Part shown: positions 1-12,913 of the stretch, piece after piece
How positions within the stretch are numbered: the stretch's first letter is position 1
Layout: each line of letters begins with the position of its first letter
Assembly: GCA_001949185.1 (NCBI GenBank)
Contig: BDGG01000007.1
Location: forward strand, 1,756,730-1,820,729
DNA length: 64,000 nt
Origin: Ramazzottius varieornatus
Taxonomy: Eukaryota; Animalia; Tardigrada
Reading direction: 5' to 3'
The notes under the pieces: model-generated
Seen by the model: the letters and a program-made list of their open reading frames with translations, nothing else
Database searches by the model: none
What the model was told of the DNA's origin: nothing
Translations under genes and position numbers: made by a program

Positions 1-1369
1 AGACTTGCCATACTCATAAAAGCATAAAGCATCTTTCCTTCATACATTCTTCTCGTACTACGTGGCGGAAGCCCATTACAACTCGAGACGCTACGTAGGC
101 AAGGCAAGTCAGCCTGCAGACAAACACATGGCCAAAATACGCTTGCACACGGAAAAGCGCGCAGCAGCCCTACAACTCCGGAAGGAAGACCTGCACCTTG
201 CTTACCCCCCGTTTTGCTTTTCTAGCAGCGTAAACCATGGTTTATGAGGGTGCTTTTTCCATTTGGCCAACTCGTCTAGCGCAGAAAAATACCGAATAAT
301 ATTCTGTAAAGTGAAAAATGAGACAGTTTCTTACAGTTTCAGGAAAAGCTCTGTGTAGTCCTCTAACTTGTACTTGGCCTCAGAAGGTCCCAGCAATGAT
401 GCGGAAAACCCTTGTGATGTAAGGGACCACTAGCCTGGGTTCAAATGAGGCAAAATGACACTTTAACCTCACTGTGCGCAGACTTTGTGTAAACATTGAC
501 TAAGGCATGTTGTCTGGTCTTCCATTGCTCGGAAAAAGGGGCTGGTAGCTCTCAGAACCACCCCTTGTCTCGGCACTCCAACTGAAAGTGCATGACTCAA
601 GCCGTACTAGACTTAAAGACAGACTATACATACACTACGGGGAAAGCGCTGGTAAGCCTCATAGGCAGCGGTTGGTAGGACCCTACCTCACCGCACCTAT
701 ACCAGTCTTGTCTCAAAGCTTTCTACATACCAGGAAGACTCAACACTTGACTTCACGTTTCAAGCGGTGTCAGTCAACTATTCGTGGAACGGGGCACAGT
801 TCAGCGGACACCGGCGGAAAAACGGGTATGACAGAAATGGTGGGGCTGTTATCGACGCTGAGCACGTCTAGAGATGGTTGTGCCGTGGCGATGGGGTGAA
901 ATGGTGTCTGGGTCAGTTTCGCGCCGCGGCCAGACTACACAGCCATCATTCCCACATTACCAGCGTCTTCACACGATGCTTCCTGGGAAATGCACCCGGG
1001 CAGTTGCGCACTGGGTTGAGCTACCAGCCGCTGTCGCGCTTCTAAAGATAGACTACTCTGGTCCCTGACTCCCAAAATAGCCTTCGCTGAACCGGCCTCA
1101 GATATCGTTGAACCAATTGAATAATTATATCGAACGCTGTAGAAAAATACAGTTGTCAAACTATTCCGCATCGTCTACATAAGAATTTGCGAACTTATAA
1201 ATACCAATACAAAATACTTCAAAATAGAATTTCCCTCAAACAACAATGAAATATTCTGCTCTGATATTTTTCATGGATTTCTCGGAAAAGAAATATAAAA
1301 TAATATCTTGAATCTAGATGGTTTCTTGAGGTAAAACTGAGGGCAAAATATGGTACTTTACAGTCATTC

Positions 1370-3067
1370 TTACACGGTATTTCCGGTCGTCAGATGAATC
1401 CAGTTGAGGTAGCTGGAGACCTTCGTATAGATGGCCGGTTTCTTGGCGAATCCGCACCTGCCAAACGAAGCACCCGTCAAGATTGGCGTTAGGAAGCAGA
1501 AAAGGTTTACTTACCCTTGGTCCCATCCGAAACTGACGAGACCTTGCAGCGACCAGTGGTCTTCCTTCTCGTCGTAGCAAACCAGAGGTCCTCCGCTGTC
1601 TCCCTTAAAAGCAGACACAGCTTCTTTTCGGCGCTAGGCAGTTTTCACTTCTCTGTCACTTTGTTTTCTCTTTACTTAATCTGGACTTCCACCTAGTTTC
1701 CTCTTTATTTTGACACGAGGGTTGTGCTTTTGCAGTCAAAGCTAGGGATATGCGCTCGCTCACCTTGCAGGCATCGACATGGCCGTCGGGGTAACCGGCG
1801 CAGATATTGCTATCCTTGACGCTGGGACCCCAGTAGCTTCGATCGCGACAGACGAAGCGCGAGAGGACCACCACACGACCTTGACGGAGAACACTGCTGA
1901 ACGGCGCATTGCCCGCACCGATCATACCTAAGAGAAGAAATGCCCGATCAATGGTTATCCTCGTTTTCCGGGCTATTGTTGGGACTTTGTATTTCATACC
2001 CCAGCCGGTCACCATACACGTCGTACCCACAGCCGGTTCTTCGTTGACTTTATGCGGCAAGCAGATGGGTGTCACCCTCCTGTGGTAGCGGATCGGTCGG
2101 GCTAAGCGAAGAATGGCAATGTCGTTGGCGAAGTTGTCGGCCTTGTTGTACATGGGATGAATGCGCCAACGGAGAACCGCGTAATCTTCCTCGCCCTGCT
2201 CGTATGCGTTAGCGTTGTGGTCACCCACCCGCACAACGTACTGCGCATTGGGTCCCCTGCCAATATTACAACCTCACTTGTTGAATAAAAGAGTCCAGGC
2301 TGTAGGACGATACCCTGGGTACTCGTAACCTCTTTGACTTACGATTCGAGACAGTGGGCAGCGGTCAGGATGTAGTTTTCGCTGATGATACTGCCTCCGC
2401 AAAACCAGGAAATTAGGTTTCGACCTTGTTTGGCACCCAAACGAATCTGCCATGGCCACTCGCCCAGGGGAGCCTCGACACCACCTATGAGATCGGTCAA
2501 AAGGACAACGTCCAGTAAATCTTTTAGGACCTATAACCTCTCTATGTGACGACCAGCTTGAACGTTAACGTTAACGTCACCGTACCTGTGAGCTGTGAAC
2601 TGGGTTCGCCTTGAAGCATTCGGCTAGACAGGCGATTGCGACCGCAAATGCTCATCACCTTCTGCGCACTTGCACCTGTAATTGAACAAACAATGCACTG
2701 CATTCACCGTAGAGGTCTTAACCAGCTCAATTTGATTGCATTCATTAGCTACCCGAAAACTAAACATTGTTTTTTCCCCGTTATCTTATCAAATTGTCAA
2801 ATTGGTTTCCGCATCAACTGTAATTTAGGTGTGTCCCCTCTGTCTAGTCAGACGCTGAAAGATGTCATGCGCTAGATGCCGATTAGGGGAAGCGATCTTT
2901 CCCGGAAAGTCATTAAAAAATCTTGACGAGGAAGCGACAATGAATAGGTACAATAAAAGCTCACCATTTGCTTGGGTATTTATCAGAAAAATTGGGAGGA
3001 GCCAGGAGAAAGCCCAAAGACATGTCCATAAATGCGCTGCCCACACTGTCGCGACCTTGGTCCTCAT
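1370..3067 (-). CDS. Secreted trypsin-like (S1A) serine protease, about 7 exons
   Basis: Signal-like exon MRTKVATVWAAHLWTCLWAFSWLLPIFLINTQANG, then ICGR, LIGGVEAPLGEWPWQ, CGGSIISENYILTAAHC (His), NDIAILRL (Asp), DACK|GDSGGPLVC (Ser, with Asp in the S1 pocket), PAIYTKVSSYLNWI-stop. GT-AG introns. Confidence 0.93.
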
Positions 3068-4179
3068 AGGGGAAACTCCCTGGAGCAGTCTGCCACAACA
3101 CAACCATTTAGTCCCAAAATATCCAATAAACCGTGGATCAAAGAAGGCATTAGGAAGGAATTTATGGTCGCGTGCGAAAATAGCTTGCTTGGGCGTAAAC
3201 GCTGCAACCTCCATTGTTCAGAATTATCCCGGGGAACTTTCCAGGGAAGGATCGCTAGTCTCCAGCCACTCGAATGTCATATGATAGAGACCAGGTTAGC
3301 TGGCGAATGACAATGACAGATAGAGTGCAAGCCCTTGTATTGATACCTGATGGATTGTGCTGACGGGGAGCTTTATCCAGGTCAGTAAGACGTCCAGGAA
3401 GAGCCGTCCACATCTGGGCGATATCGCACCGTTGACCAACGTACACTTCCTCATTACCGTCACTTCCCATTTCCGCCATCCGCCACTCACGGCTCGACGG
3501 TAGGGGGAGCTTCGAGGAAGCTTCTCGTTGACCTGTAACGACAGCGGAAATTTTATTATCAGAAGGTTCTTCAAAGCGGAGCTTCTTCCTACTGCAGAAA
3601 TACCCACATAAACACAGTTCGAGTTTCTGAAGCCTTCACTTTCGTTTTTGGAAGGCATAGGACTTCCTTCAACATATTGCGGCTAAATCAGCAAGGCTGG
3701 TTCGTTCCTACTGACCCGTAGTATACAGTGGCACATTACATATCTGTCTAGCACTGTATAGCTTCATAAATGCGGCAACACAGGAAATAAATTTCAGACA
3801 GATTCATCAGGCTCGTTCTCAGAAAATACTGGTAATATCCGCCTTCCGTAAGAATCTCGCAACAGTCGGAAAACGAGCTGGGAACCTTCTTTCTGTGTTT
3901 TGCAGGCCTCTGACAAGGAAGGCGAATTACGACAGACTTTTACAGATCTTTGAATAACCACGGTAAGAGTAAAAGCTCCCCAAACAACTGCGATAAAGTT
4001 ATGCCTGTCCACTTCTTCGGACTCGTCACATATAAACTGCTTCTCTCGAGAAGATTAGCTGTTTCTAACATTACTGCATCTTGTCCCACCCTACGTTTTT
4101 CACACAGCACTTTGAGTTTCCTCCAGCTCCCCTTTCTCATTTTCTGAATAATTAAGCAGCTTCGGCCTGAACATTCGGG

Positions 4180-4566
4180 ATGAATACTTCCTGTATATTT
4201 CTGCTTGCCTGTCTAGCACTTACAGGTGTCGTCAGCGGTGGCGGCGGCTGGGGTGGTGATGGTTACGGTGGCGGCTTCTACGGCGGTGGGCTAGGCAGCG
4301 GACTTGGCCTAGGCTTGTCTTTGGGTATCGGCTTGGGACTGCCTTATGGTGGACTGTACGGTGGTGGCTTTTACGGCGGATACGGCTTGCCATTCCCACT
4401 GGGTCTGGGCTACAGCACTAGCTTCCTCACCTACGGAGGACTGGGCGGTTTCGGTTATCCTGGTTATCTTGGCCTGTCCTACGGCATCGGCCTTCCATTC
4501 GGCGGTTTCGGTGGCGGCTTTGGAGGAGGATATGGTGGCGGAGGCGGATGGGGCTATAAGAAATAA
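4180..4566 (+). CDS. Secreted Gly/Tyr/Leu-rich protein (family member 1)
   Basis: Single ORF with hydrophobic signal peptide, GGGGWGGDGYGGGFYG start, GLG/GYP repeats and GWGYKK end. TATAAA near 4031; AATAAA overlaps the stop. Confidence 0.9.
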   Translation: MNTSCIFLLACLALTGVVSGGGGWGGDGYGGGFYGGGLGSGLGLGLSLGIGLGLPYGGLYGGGFYGGYGLPFPLGLGYSTSFLTYGGLGGFGYPGYLGLSYGIGLPFGGFGGGFGGGYGGGGGWGYKK

Positions 4567-4963
4567 ACACCTGCTGGATCGCCGCTTTGTACTGAACAGA
4601 AACGATAGCTTCTTTTTGTGCTGATAGTTTTACACTAGGTATCGTTTGTACGCTTGTTTTATGCTATACCAACAAGAAACTCTGTTGAACTTCCAAATCT
4701 ACTCTAAAGATGTAATGAACTGAATTGCTGATAGCACATGCATCATTTTCTAGATCTTTGAACAGTCAAAAGTGCGAAAACATGATCTGCCGGTTCTTTG
4801 TCCTATTAAACTTCAAAATACTTCGTGATGGACCCAAGAAAACCTGCGTTAGCTACAACGTACCGAGTGCGCTTTCCTCACATCTTCGTGGAGTATTACT
4901 ATAGTCTTGGCTGGATTTCAGCGATAGGCACAAAAATACGCGTGGCTCATTTTTTTCCAGAGG

Positions 4964-5260
4964 ATGCGCTTCAGACCCTCAAATTTTACATATCTTATGT
5001 TCATCGTTTATGCTCCCCTGTTCACCTGGGAGGTGTATGGAGGAGGTGGAGGCTATAAGGATGGCTATGACGGCTATGCCGGTGCAGATTACTTCGGCCT
5101 GGGTTTAGGCTTTGGACTGGACGCGGGAAGTCCTTTCTTGGGTAGCTATGGATTCGGCTATCCCTTTGCTGGCTACCCAGCCATTGGCCTAGGAGGACTT
5201 GGCTTGGGAGGATACTTTGGCGGTTTGGGTACTCTTGGGGGCTACGGCAGAAAAAGATGA
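4964..5260 (+). CDS. Gly/Tyr-rich protein (family member 2)
   Basis: GGGGGYKDGYDGY...GLGLGFGL...GYPF...GGYGRKR, similar to its neighbours. Signal peptide weaker and start uncertain. Confidence 0.75.
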   Translation: MRFRPSNFTYLMFIVYAPLFTWEVYGGGGGYKDGYDGYAGADYFGLGLGFGLDAGSPFLGSYGFGYPFAGYPAIGLGGLGLGGYFGGLGTLGGYGRKR

Positions 5261-5939
5261 TCAGTATGAATTGTTTTACAAACGTTTAGTCGACATCTCT
5301 GAAGCGCAACCTGTCGAGCGTCGACCGAGCAAGCAAAATCCCGTGGAACGGGTACTTACTCCTAACGTTGAACTTCGAAAGAACCTAATCTTGCTCAACC
5401 TCTGCATTTTCTACTACTTAGACCGAGCTACTCGGTGCTTACCGTATTGCAGGCCATTCTCTCAAATTTGAAGAAAAGTCGGGCAATCGATATTTGGATA
5501 GTAATGCGTGCATGAAAGCGCCGTTTTGTGTGTTCACCTGCTCGGTTGTCTCAATGAAATTTCTCATGCGCGCTGATGACTTCGTTTCTAACTTCGGACA
5601 CATGCAGCAAAGGTTCTTGACAACAGACAAAACGAGAAAAATAACTTACGGCGAGCTTTCAAAGTTGTTTGCTCCAGTTTCCAGCAGTTCAAGGCGACTA
5701 ACAAAGTCCGTTGCTCGAGCGTTCAGCTCCGACCTTCAAAACCTCATACTTACCGCAAGAAAAAAACTTTGCATTCATCCAGCTCGCAACGTTGTTCTTT
5801 CAACGACAACCTTAGCGACTTTCGTCTCCGGATATCGGTCAAGTTTTGTGTATTCCAGAGTGGTCGAACTCTTGCAAAGATCTCCATCTGTTTTCGCTTG
5901 TTAGTTGTGAGTTTTCCAGCATACCCTTACGGCCTTACC

Positions 5940-6284
5940 ATGATTGTCAGATGGATCGTACTCTGTTTAAGTAGTCTGGTCATTGGCGTCACGCTGATGC
6001 AGTCTGTTAATGGAGGAGAAGGCTGGGGCGGTGATGGCTACTACGGCTACGAAGACTACGACACCTACGGACTGGGCCTGGGCTTAGGCATTGGTCTGGC
6101 TACCGGCCTGGGTTTCGGCTATCCATGGTTCGAATCTGGCCTAGGCTTGGGTGGCGGATTCGGTCTAGGTTACCCACTGGTTGGAGGTTTCGGCGGCTTC
6201 GGTGGAGGCCTGGGAGCATATGGTGGTGGCTTTTACGGAAGTGGCGGCGGTGGCGGTGGCGGATGGGGCTACAAAAGGAAATGA
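5940..6284 (+). CDS. Secreted Gly/Tyr-rich protein (family member 3)
   Basis: ATG at 5940 gives signal MIVRWIVLCLSSLVIGVTLMQSVNG, then GEGWGGDGYYG...GLGLGLG...GWGYKRK. Confidence 0.88.
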   Translation: MIVRWIVLCLSSLVIGVTLMQSVNGGEGWGGDGYYGYEDYDTYGLGLGLGIGLATGLGFGYPWFESGLGLGGGFGLGYPLVGGFGGFGGGLGAYGGGFYGSGGGGGGGWGYKRK

Positions 6285-7768
6285 AAATTTCTTTACGTCC
6301 GGTATATAGCGCTATTGACCTATTTCCCTTGTGATAGAGTTAATTTCCTGTTCACTGCCTATTTATGTCGATGTTCCCCTTGTGGAATTGCTTATCTGTC
6401 CCAGAATATGAGTTGATTATCTTAGTCTAATGTACAGCCCCACTAGTATGATCTTTCGAATTTGTCAAAATTAATGATGGATAGTTTGTGTATAGTGTTG
6501 GGGAACGCACACACCATCGAGCAATAAGCACATTGTGAAGGGCAAAGAAGTGCCGCCGAGTTTGTTTGTCTTGGTTGGTAATTGCAAAGAACAGGGAAGA
6601 ATGCCGATTAGCCTCTCTATGATGATGCAAATCATGTGGTAACATTCCAGACAAAATTACTCTGGCAAGGACCCTCGACAGTTTCTTGTTTCAGCATGCA
6701 ACTGTTCGTCGATCGTGGTTTGACAGTGTTTTGTTAACACGCATTCCAGTCGCGCCTTCTCGTCCTTCCTCCAAATATCTCCCTTGATAAAACTATCAAG
6801 TTCGGATCCTATCTCTCAAAACAAGTCTCCCGGAAAGCCGGACGTGACCAATGTTTATTGAATAGCGGCTCCGTGACGACTTGTCAGCCGGATTTGCGTA
6901 CGCATTACTACCCTGCGATGACGTCACCGCGGACCGTCCAAACCGACGAACAACTACGTTCCTACTGGAACCATGTATGCGACATCTTTCTCATGCTACT
7001 CGGAACATTCACAGCTCGTTCTACTGCCAGACAAGGTGAGAAATCTTTGGGCATAAATCCAGCCTGGAATACATTCATGATATTTTAAGTGGATTTTCTT
7101 GCCAGTGCAGAGTTGCACTCGTAATGCTAACTAGCCCGCTCGTTCTGAATTTCTGCATTATGGATTGGCAAAGACCTTCGTAAGAAAGCGTTTAGCGACA
7201 TGGTCAGACTGAGGAGGTCTGTGCCGCGATGACGTCAGATGTCTGAGTGGCACGACATGGGCCAACACTGATCAATAATGAAGGCCATGGGGACGAAGCC
7301 AACAGGCTGATTTGTCCAAAATGTCAGCAGAGATAAAAGGCTACTGTTTATCATGTTGCCCATTTGTCTGGAGCCGGCTCAAAAAACGTTTGTGTTAAAA
7401 CAGCTGTCGTTTGTGTAAATCAATCTGAGCTGTAGCGCTTCGCTCTACCCGACATCCATCATGGCTAAAGCCCGCCAGACTATACACTCATCAAAGTACA
7501 CAATCATAAGGGCACGCGCACCACAAAATATGCATTAGATGCTGATCATGATCCTCAACCCCCAATCGAAAGACCATCGAACAAAAAAATTCATAGTAGT
7601 ATGGCTCGTCTTCCCACCAACGTAACGTCAAGCCAAGTTGTTGCCGCGCTTCACCAGCAGTCTGCTTCATCATTGTTCGACGTATTGGAGTCCACTTTCA
7701 AATCTAGGAAGCTCAGGTCTCGGCCTTAATCTATCTTTCATATGATAATACATATCTGAACTGTCATC

Positions 7769-9480
7769 ATGAACGCGCTGTCTTCCATTCGGTCCGTCAT
7801 CACCAGCTTGTCCCGCAAAGGTAACTGCCTCGGTCATTTAAAAGTGGCGACGTAGTAGTACCCTACTTGCAAGAACAAGAACTCTCTTTGGGTTGTGTTA
7901 GTGATCTGCGTTTGCTTTGGCTCTTTGCCTGTAATTACAGTGTACAGAGAAACAGCGGTATGTAAAGCGAAGGCCGTCCTTCTGCCCTGAAGAACAGTTG
8001 CCTCTTCTAATTCTACTCCACGTTTGTTTACTCAGTTACCACAAACGATAGTGTCATCCTCTGGGCAAGTTTTACGCACCGCGGCAGCTAATCAGGCTGA
8101 GGCGGACAAACTACTGTAACAGCCATTCCTTCCGCATCAATAAGCTCTTCCCACTTAACGCTCAAGTTCGCCGGTCAATATTCTTCTCCACTAATCTCCA
8201 TTTGAATTTTAGCATACAAAATTTGCTCTTCGCTCTACTTGCGATCTCGTTTTACCTTGTAATGTGTAACGATGTTGGCGCAGTGTTGAGGAGAGATGAC
8301 TTTTTCGGCAGGTAGCGATGGAGGGGAAGATGATATGGCGGTAGTCAACCGCTACGCTCCTGTCAGTCTGCAGGACCTGGCTTCGCGCACGCATTATTCT
8401 CCACAGGAAATTCAGCTCATCTATCGTGCCTTCAAAAACGACTGCCCCACTGCCATCATCTACGAGGATAAATTTAAGGAGTTATATTCCTATTATTTCC
8501 CTTTGGGAGGTACGTTGGTCAATGAAGCCATACAATACTTCCGAACTGGGAAGTGTTGGAATTTCAGAGGATTCCCAGATTCCTCACAACGTGTTCCGTC
8601 GATCCGGCTCGAACATAGTCTTCACCAAAGATCCTGAAAAAAGTGATGATGACATAGCAGCGATTATAGATGAGAATGATGACTTCGTACCTTTGCAGAT
8701 GCGCGAACCTTTGCCGGATACATTTTCAGCGTCCTTGATCATGACAGAACAGGATGCATCAATTTCGAGCAGTTCTTGATGGCCATGTCCATCCTAACGC
8801 GGGGAGAGTTGACGGAGAAGCTACGATGGATCTTCAACCTGTATGATCTCAATGCCGATGGACGCATCACTCCCGACGAACTGAAGGCCGTAGTTAGCGC
8901 CGTCCACGAGATGCTCGGCAACCACACTACCCCACTCCCGCCCAGTGAGGACACCATCAAGGCTCAAGTAGCACGCATCTTCCAGGTAAGAGTCTGACTG
9001 TGCGCGCAGGATGGCCCAAGAAAAGCTTGTAAAGAGGGAAAACTCTGCGACAAAATCTCGATCTTTGTTTTGCTTTAATCAAGCACATTGATTGAGATGG
9101 CGCCAGTGCAGTAAACTGGCTAACCGCTCAATCAGCGGCTGAATGATCGGTCAACATTGATAGGTTGATTGGTCTAGTTCGCCGTTCTCGAGCAAAATCG
9201 GACGGACAACACTTTTTCTTCTGTGTCGTTAAACAGCAGTCTTAATTTTTGTACTTGTTTGCAGAAAATGGATCGCAATGGCGATGGCGTAATCACACTG
9301 GACGAGTTCACGAAATCGTGTTTAGAGGTAAGTCACGAGTCTTGACATGACTTGTTATGCGGCATTACGTTACTGTCGAGCAGCACCATCCATGACGTCA
9401 CTGCGGACTGTACGTCACACCGTTCACAGGATGTTACAATACGCCGGGCTTTATCTGGAATGTTTGACTCGTCCTTCTGA
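7769..9480 (+). CDS. Neuronal calcium sensor, KChIP/calsenilin-like EF-hand protein, 5 exons
   Basis: Exons about 7769-7820, 8311-8509, 8699-8985, 9265-9327, 9430-9480. Motifs EIQLIYRAFKNDCPT, EKLRWIFNLYDLNADGRITPDE, KMDRNGDGVITLDEF. Confidence 0.92.
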
Positions 9481-9878
9481 GCGAAAGTCCCCTGCAGGGA
9501 GCTCTTTCAGATCATAATGGCAAAAAACCTTTTTTCGGTTAGTAGGAAAGCTATTGCGGAAAGCAAGGGTTTCTGTACAGTACAAAACGAATAAAAAAGC
9601 GGACCAAATTTCAAGACTTCTTGGTTGTGAAACTGTACTAATTCCGCATCTTGTGTTTCCGTCGCAGAAATCCAAAAGCAATGGCAAGCGAGGATTCATG
9701 TTAACTACGAGTCACGGTGGGCGTGGAATCAATATCTCGCAAACAGTTCTAGACGGTTAATCCCGGTTCGTAATTTGGTATTGAGTGAAGGCCAAGCCGA
9801 GTACATTCGGTAATTTGGGTTGGCTCTCCTCTATCCGGTAATTGGCTCGCTATGCGCCATACCACCGACTTCCATCAT

Positions 9879-11164
9879 TCAATAGACCGACAAAGAGTCC
9901 TCAATTTCCGGATCCTGAGGTTCAATTTAACAACCGTATTAGAATTATAATGGGCGGAAGTTAGCATTGAGTATCATGAATGATTGTTTAGTGCCTGGTT
10001 CGTGCCGGGTTAGATCTTACATTGCGACAGGCGTCGATAAACTCCTCCAGAGAAACGACTCCATCGTGATTGGCATCCATCTTCTGTAAAATGCCTGGGT
10101 AAGCAGTGTGAGGAATGACCGAAAACAAGTCTTATGACTGACGAACTCGAAAGACCGCTGTGGCTTGCTCAGCTATGGACTGGCCACTTTCTCGTCTGGT
10201 GGCTAGGCCTTGAGCAGACGTCGACGGTTCACTTTCGGAAATGTCGTTGCCCGCCCTAGAGGATGCGCGCATTTCGTGAACTGCCGAAACGATCTCCGTA
10301 ATTTCATCCTACCAGATGGTGTCAAGTTGAAGACAACAGCATGGGTAATAAGAAAGGTGGCTGCACGACACAGTAGAGAGTCCATACCTGAGTTATGCAA
10401 CCGTTCTTGTCGATGTCGTACAGATTGAAAATCCAACGTAGCTTCTCATTCGTGTCTCCGCGAGACAGGATTGACATTCCAAGGAGAAAAGACTGGAAAG
10501 AAACGTGGCCGTGTTTGTCGCTTTCGAATGTCTCGAAAACATATCTGGCATATCGTTTGCAGTCTGCAAAAAAGATTTAAGCGCATAAGCTGGGAAAAAT
10601 CTCGCGCTGATAGAAATTCGCTGGCATAGGAATTTAGCTTACTTCCAAAGGGAAAGAATTTTTGGTACATGCGATGAAACTGATCCTTGGTCATATATCC
10701 ATGTGGGCACTCATACTTGAATTCGCGGTACAACTGGTCAATTTCTTTGCGGTTAAACTTGCTGCTGACTTGAAGCTTGTCGAGGGACATTTGGGTTCCC
10801 GAGCGGACAAGCGGAGGTCGAGGTCCGATACCGACGCGCCGACCTTGCGGATCGAGAGCTACCAGCTCACAGTCGACACCCTCCTGTGTTACTTCCGGCT
10901 GTTGCCCATCCGCAAACAAGTAGGCGGTGCCTGCAAAGAGTAAACTCGTAAGTTGACTTTTTTTCCCACTAGGATGTTGCTCTTTGCGCAACATTTGACG
11001 GTGTACTCATTCATATAGATTTCGAGAGGAACAGCTGTAAAAGTCGCATAACACGCGAACGGATATCCTCGGCGCCGATGTAGTCATCGTACTGCGCACC
11101 TGCGACTAAACTTACTTCGTCGACTCTTCAAGACGCGACCAAACACATCCCGAAGACCGTTCAT
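9879..11164 (-). CDS. Second KChIP/calsenilin-like EF-hand protein, 6 exons
   Basis: MNGLRDVFGRVLKSRR|...KEIDQLYREFKYECPHGY...FFPFG|...EKLRWIFNLYDIDKNGCITQ|DE...|KMDANHDGVVSLEEFIDAC..|DPEIEDSLSVY-stop. Confidence 0.9.
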
Positions 11165-11976
11165 CTTCCCGACGACTGTCGAGTATCAGAAGTGATGAGG
11201 AGCTGTCATTGAGAAAGTATGGAAGTCAGGGAACAGCGGTTCGACGTTGAGGAAAAGACCATCCACCGAGAAAAAGGTGTCAATGTGTGAAAAACTATGA
11301 AAGCATTCTGAACGCGGCCTTGCGTGTACGCTGCATGTGGTGACAAGAAAGCAGAAGGAGAACTGTAGCACACTGGCGAAATACAAAGCAGCTCCCCACA
11401 ACAAACAGGAGAGAGTACTATGAAGCGAAAATCAATTTGTGCCTGATGGGAATGATCGAAGGAGACTCAATGAACACCTATGGAGCGACATTTGAAGCAC
11501 AGCGCTCCATAAACATGCTACAGTATCGATTTTTCTTGGAGCGAACAGGTTAATAGTGAGTTCTCAGTCATTTACGCCGTCCAAAGAGGTCTCTAAGAGA
11601 GTAGTCCTGACGTCCCAGGCCAGAGGAATGATACCTCGATCGATCACAAGGGACTACCTGTTATTCAAGATCTCGCTGATGCTCTCACCGCATCACACTC
11701 CCGAGAGTCGTTGCCGAGCTAACGACAACCAAGCAGAACCTTGCAATGGTAATGGAGAGCTGCATGGCTACATACATATAGGGTATAGGGCCTTTGCCTT
11801 TGGTGTTCGTTTATCGGTCCGCCTGACGAGAGAATACACTGAGCGCTAATTCGTATAAACAATTCTACAAAAAAAATACAAGACTTAATCTGGGAAAACT
11901 GGACGGTTCGAAAACTCCTTTAGCACATCACACAAGGGAAAATCATTGACCAAAAACTTCGCAACTCGCAATTTGT

Positions 11977-12273
11977 CTATTTCTTCTTTCCGAATCCGCC
12001 GAAGCCGCCGAAGCCACCGAAGCCGCCATAGCCCAGGCCCAGACCGAAGCCTCCAAAGGGAAATCCAAAGCCACCGAAGCCACCGAAGAAGGGATCGATG
12101 AAACCGCCACCGAAGCCACCGAAGAAGGGGTCGATGAAGCCGCCACCAAATCCCAGACCACCTCCGTAAAAGCCCCCGTCTCCTCCTCCCCAGCCACCAC
12201 CGTAGCCGCCACTTGAGACCACAGCGACCAGCGCTGACACCAGACAAACTCCCATCAAAACTCGGGCTCCCAT
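11977..12273 (-). CDS. Secreted Gly/Phe-rich protein (family member 4), 2x GGGFIDPFFGGF
   Basis: ATG at 12273, signal MGARVLMGVCLVSALVAVVSS, ends GFGKKK. Near-identical to 12914-13261. Confidence 0.92.
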   Translation of the reverse strand: MGARVLMGVCLVSALVAVVSSGGYGGGWGGGDGGFYGGGLGFGGGFIDPFFGGFGGGFIDPFFGGFGGFGFPFGGFGLGLGYGGFGGFGGFGGFGKKK

Positions 12274-12913
12274 CTTGAAAGATGTGAGATTACTAAAGAA
12301 AGAAATAGAAAGTGAAAGTGGAAGAAAGTGAAACTGATAATGTTCTTCATCATGCTTTTCTTGCTTATATACGATGGAAAAAGCTTCAGAGTTACGGGTA
12401 TGAACAGAAACAAAAGGTATGTTGTAATACGACGGTAACATTGTTCGTTAGCGTAGCTGAAATTTTTGCGGCAACCTTGGTTTTAGTTGGAGTTCTGATG
12501 TCGAACCATCATGTTATACGTAAGAATACATCAGTCATCTTATTGACGATCAATCTGCCATAAATTAGTTCAAGCAAGCATAAGATTTTCCTGGTAAAAG
12601 CCCAAGCAAACAGAGTTCTTCGCGTTGATAATGATCGACTTCACTTGGCCTGAACTTGCATGCAGTATCATATTATGGTGTGATCGGCAGCACATAAGAT
12701 CTTACCGCATCTTTCGTTTATGGCTCACTTATCTCATACGGCTGTCGTGACTTTTAAAATTTGAAGCCGGAGGGAAGACTTTCGGTTTGTCCACATAACA
12801 TCTTTGTGTGTAAAGTCCTCCATTGTATATAAAGAAAACTAGCATGTCGCAAAAAGTATCTGTTTACTGCTCAATTTAAACTTCCCTCCAGTTACCCTTT
12901 ACAGTCGTCAGCA
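12274..12913. promoter_or_regulatory. Divergent promoter region with two homologous TATA boxes
   Basis: Minus strand CCATCGTATATAAGCAAGAAAAGCATG (about 12351-12377) versus plus strand CCATTGTATATAAAGAAAACTAGCATG (about 12820-12846), each roughly 85-95 bp before its ATG. Confidence 0.65.

Noticed and set aside
3722-3760. TATACAGTG…CACTGTATA mini inverted repeat resembling Tc1 ends
   Set aside because: Only 9-bp arms over 39 bp; could be chance or an uninformative remnant.
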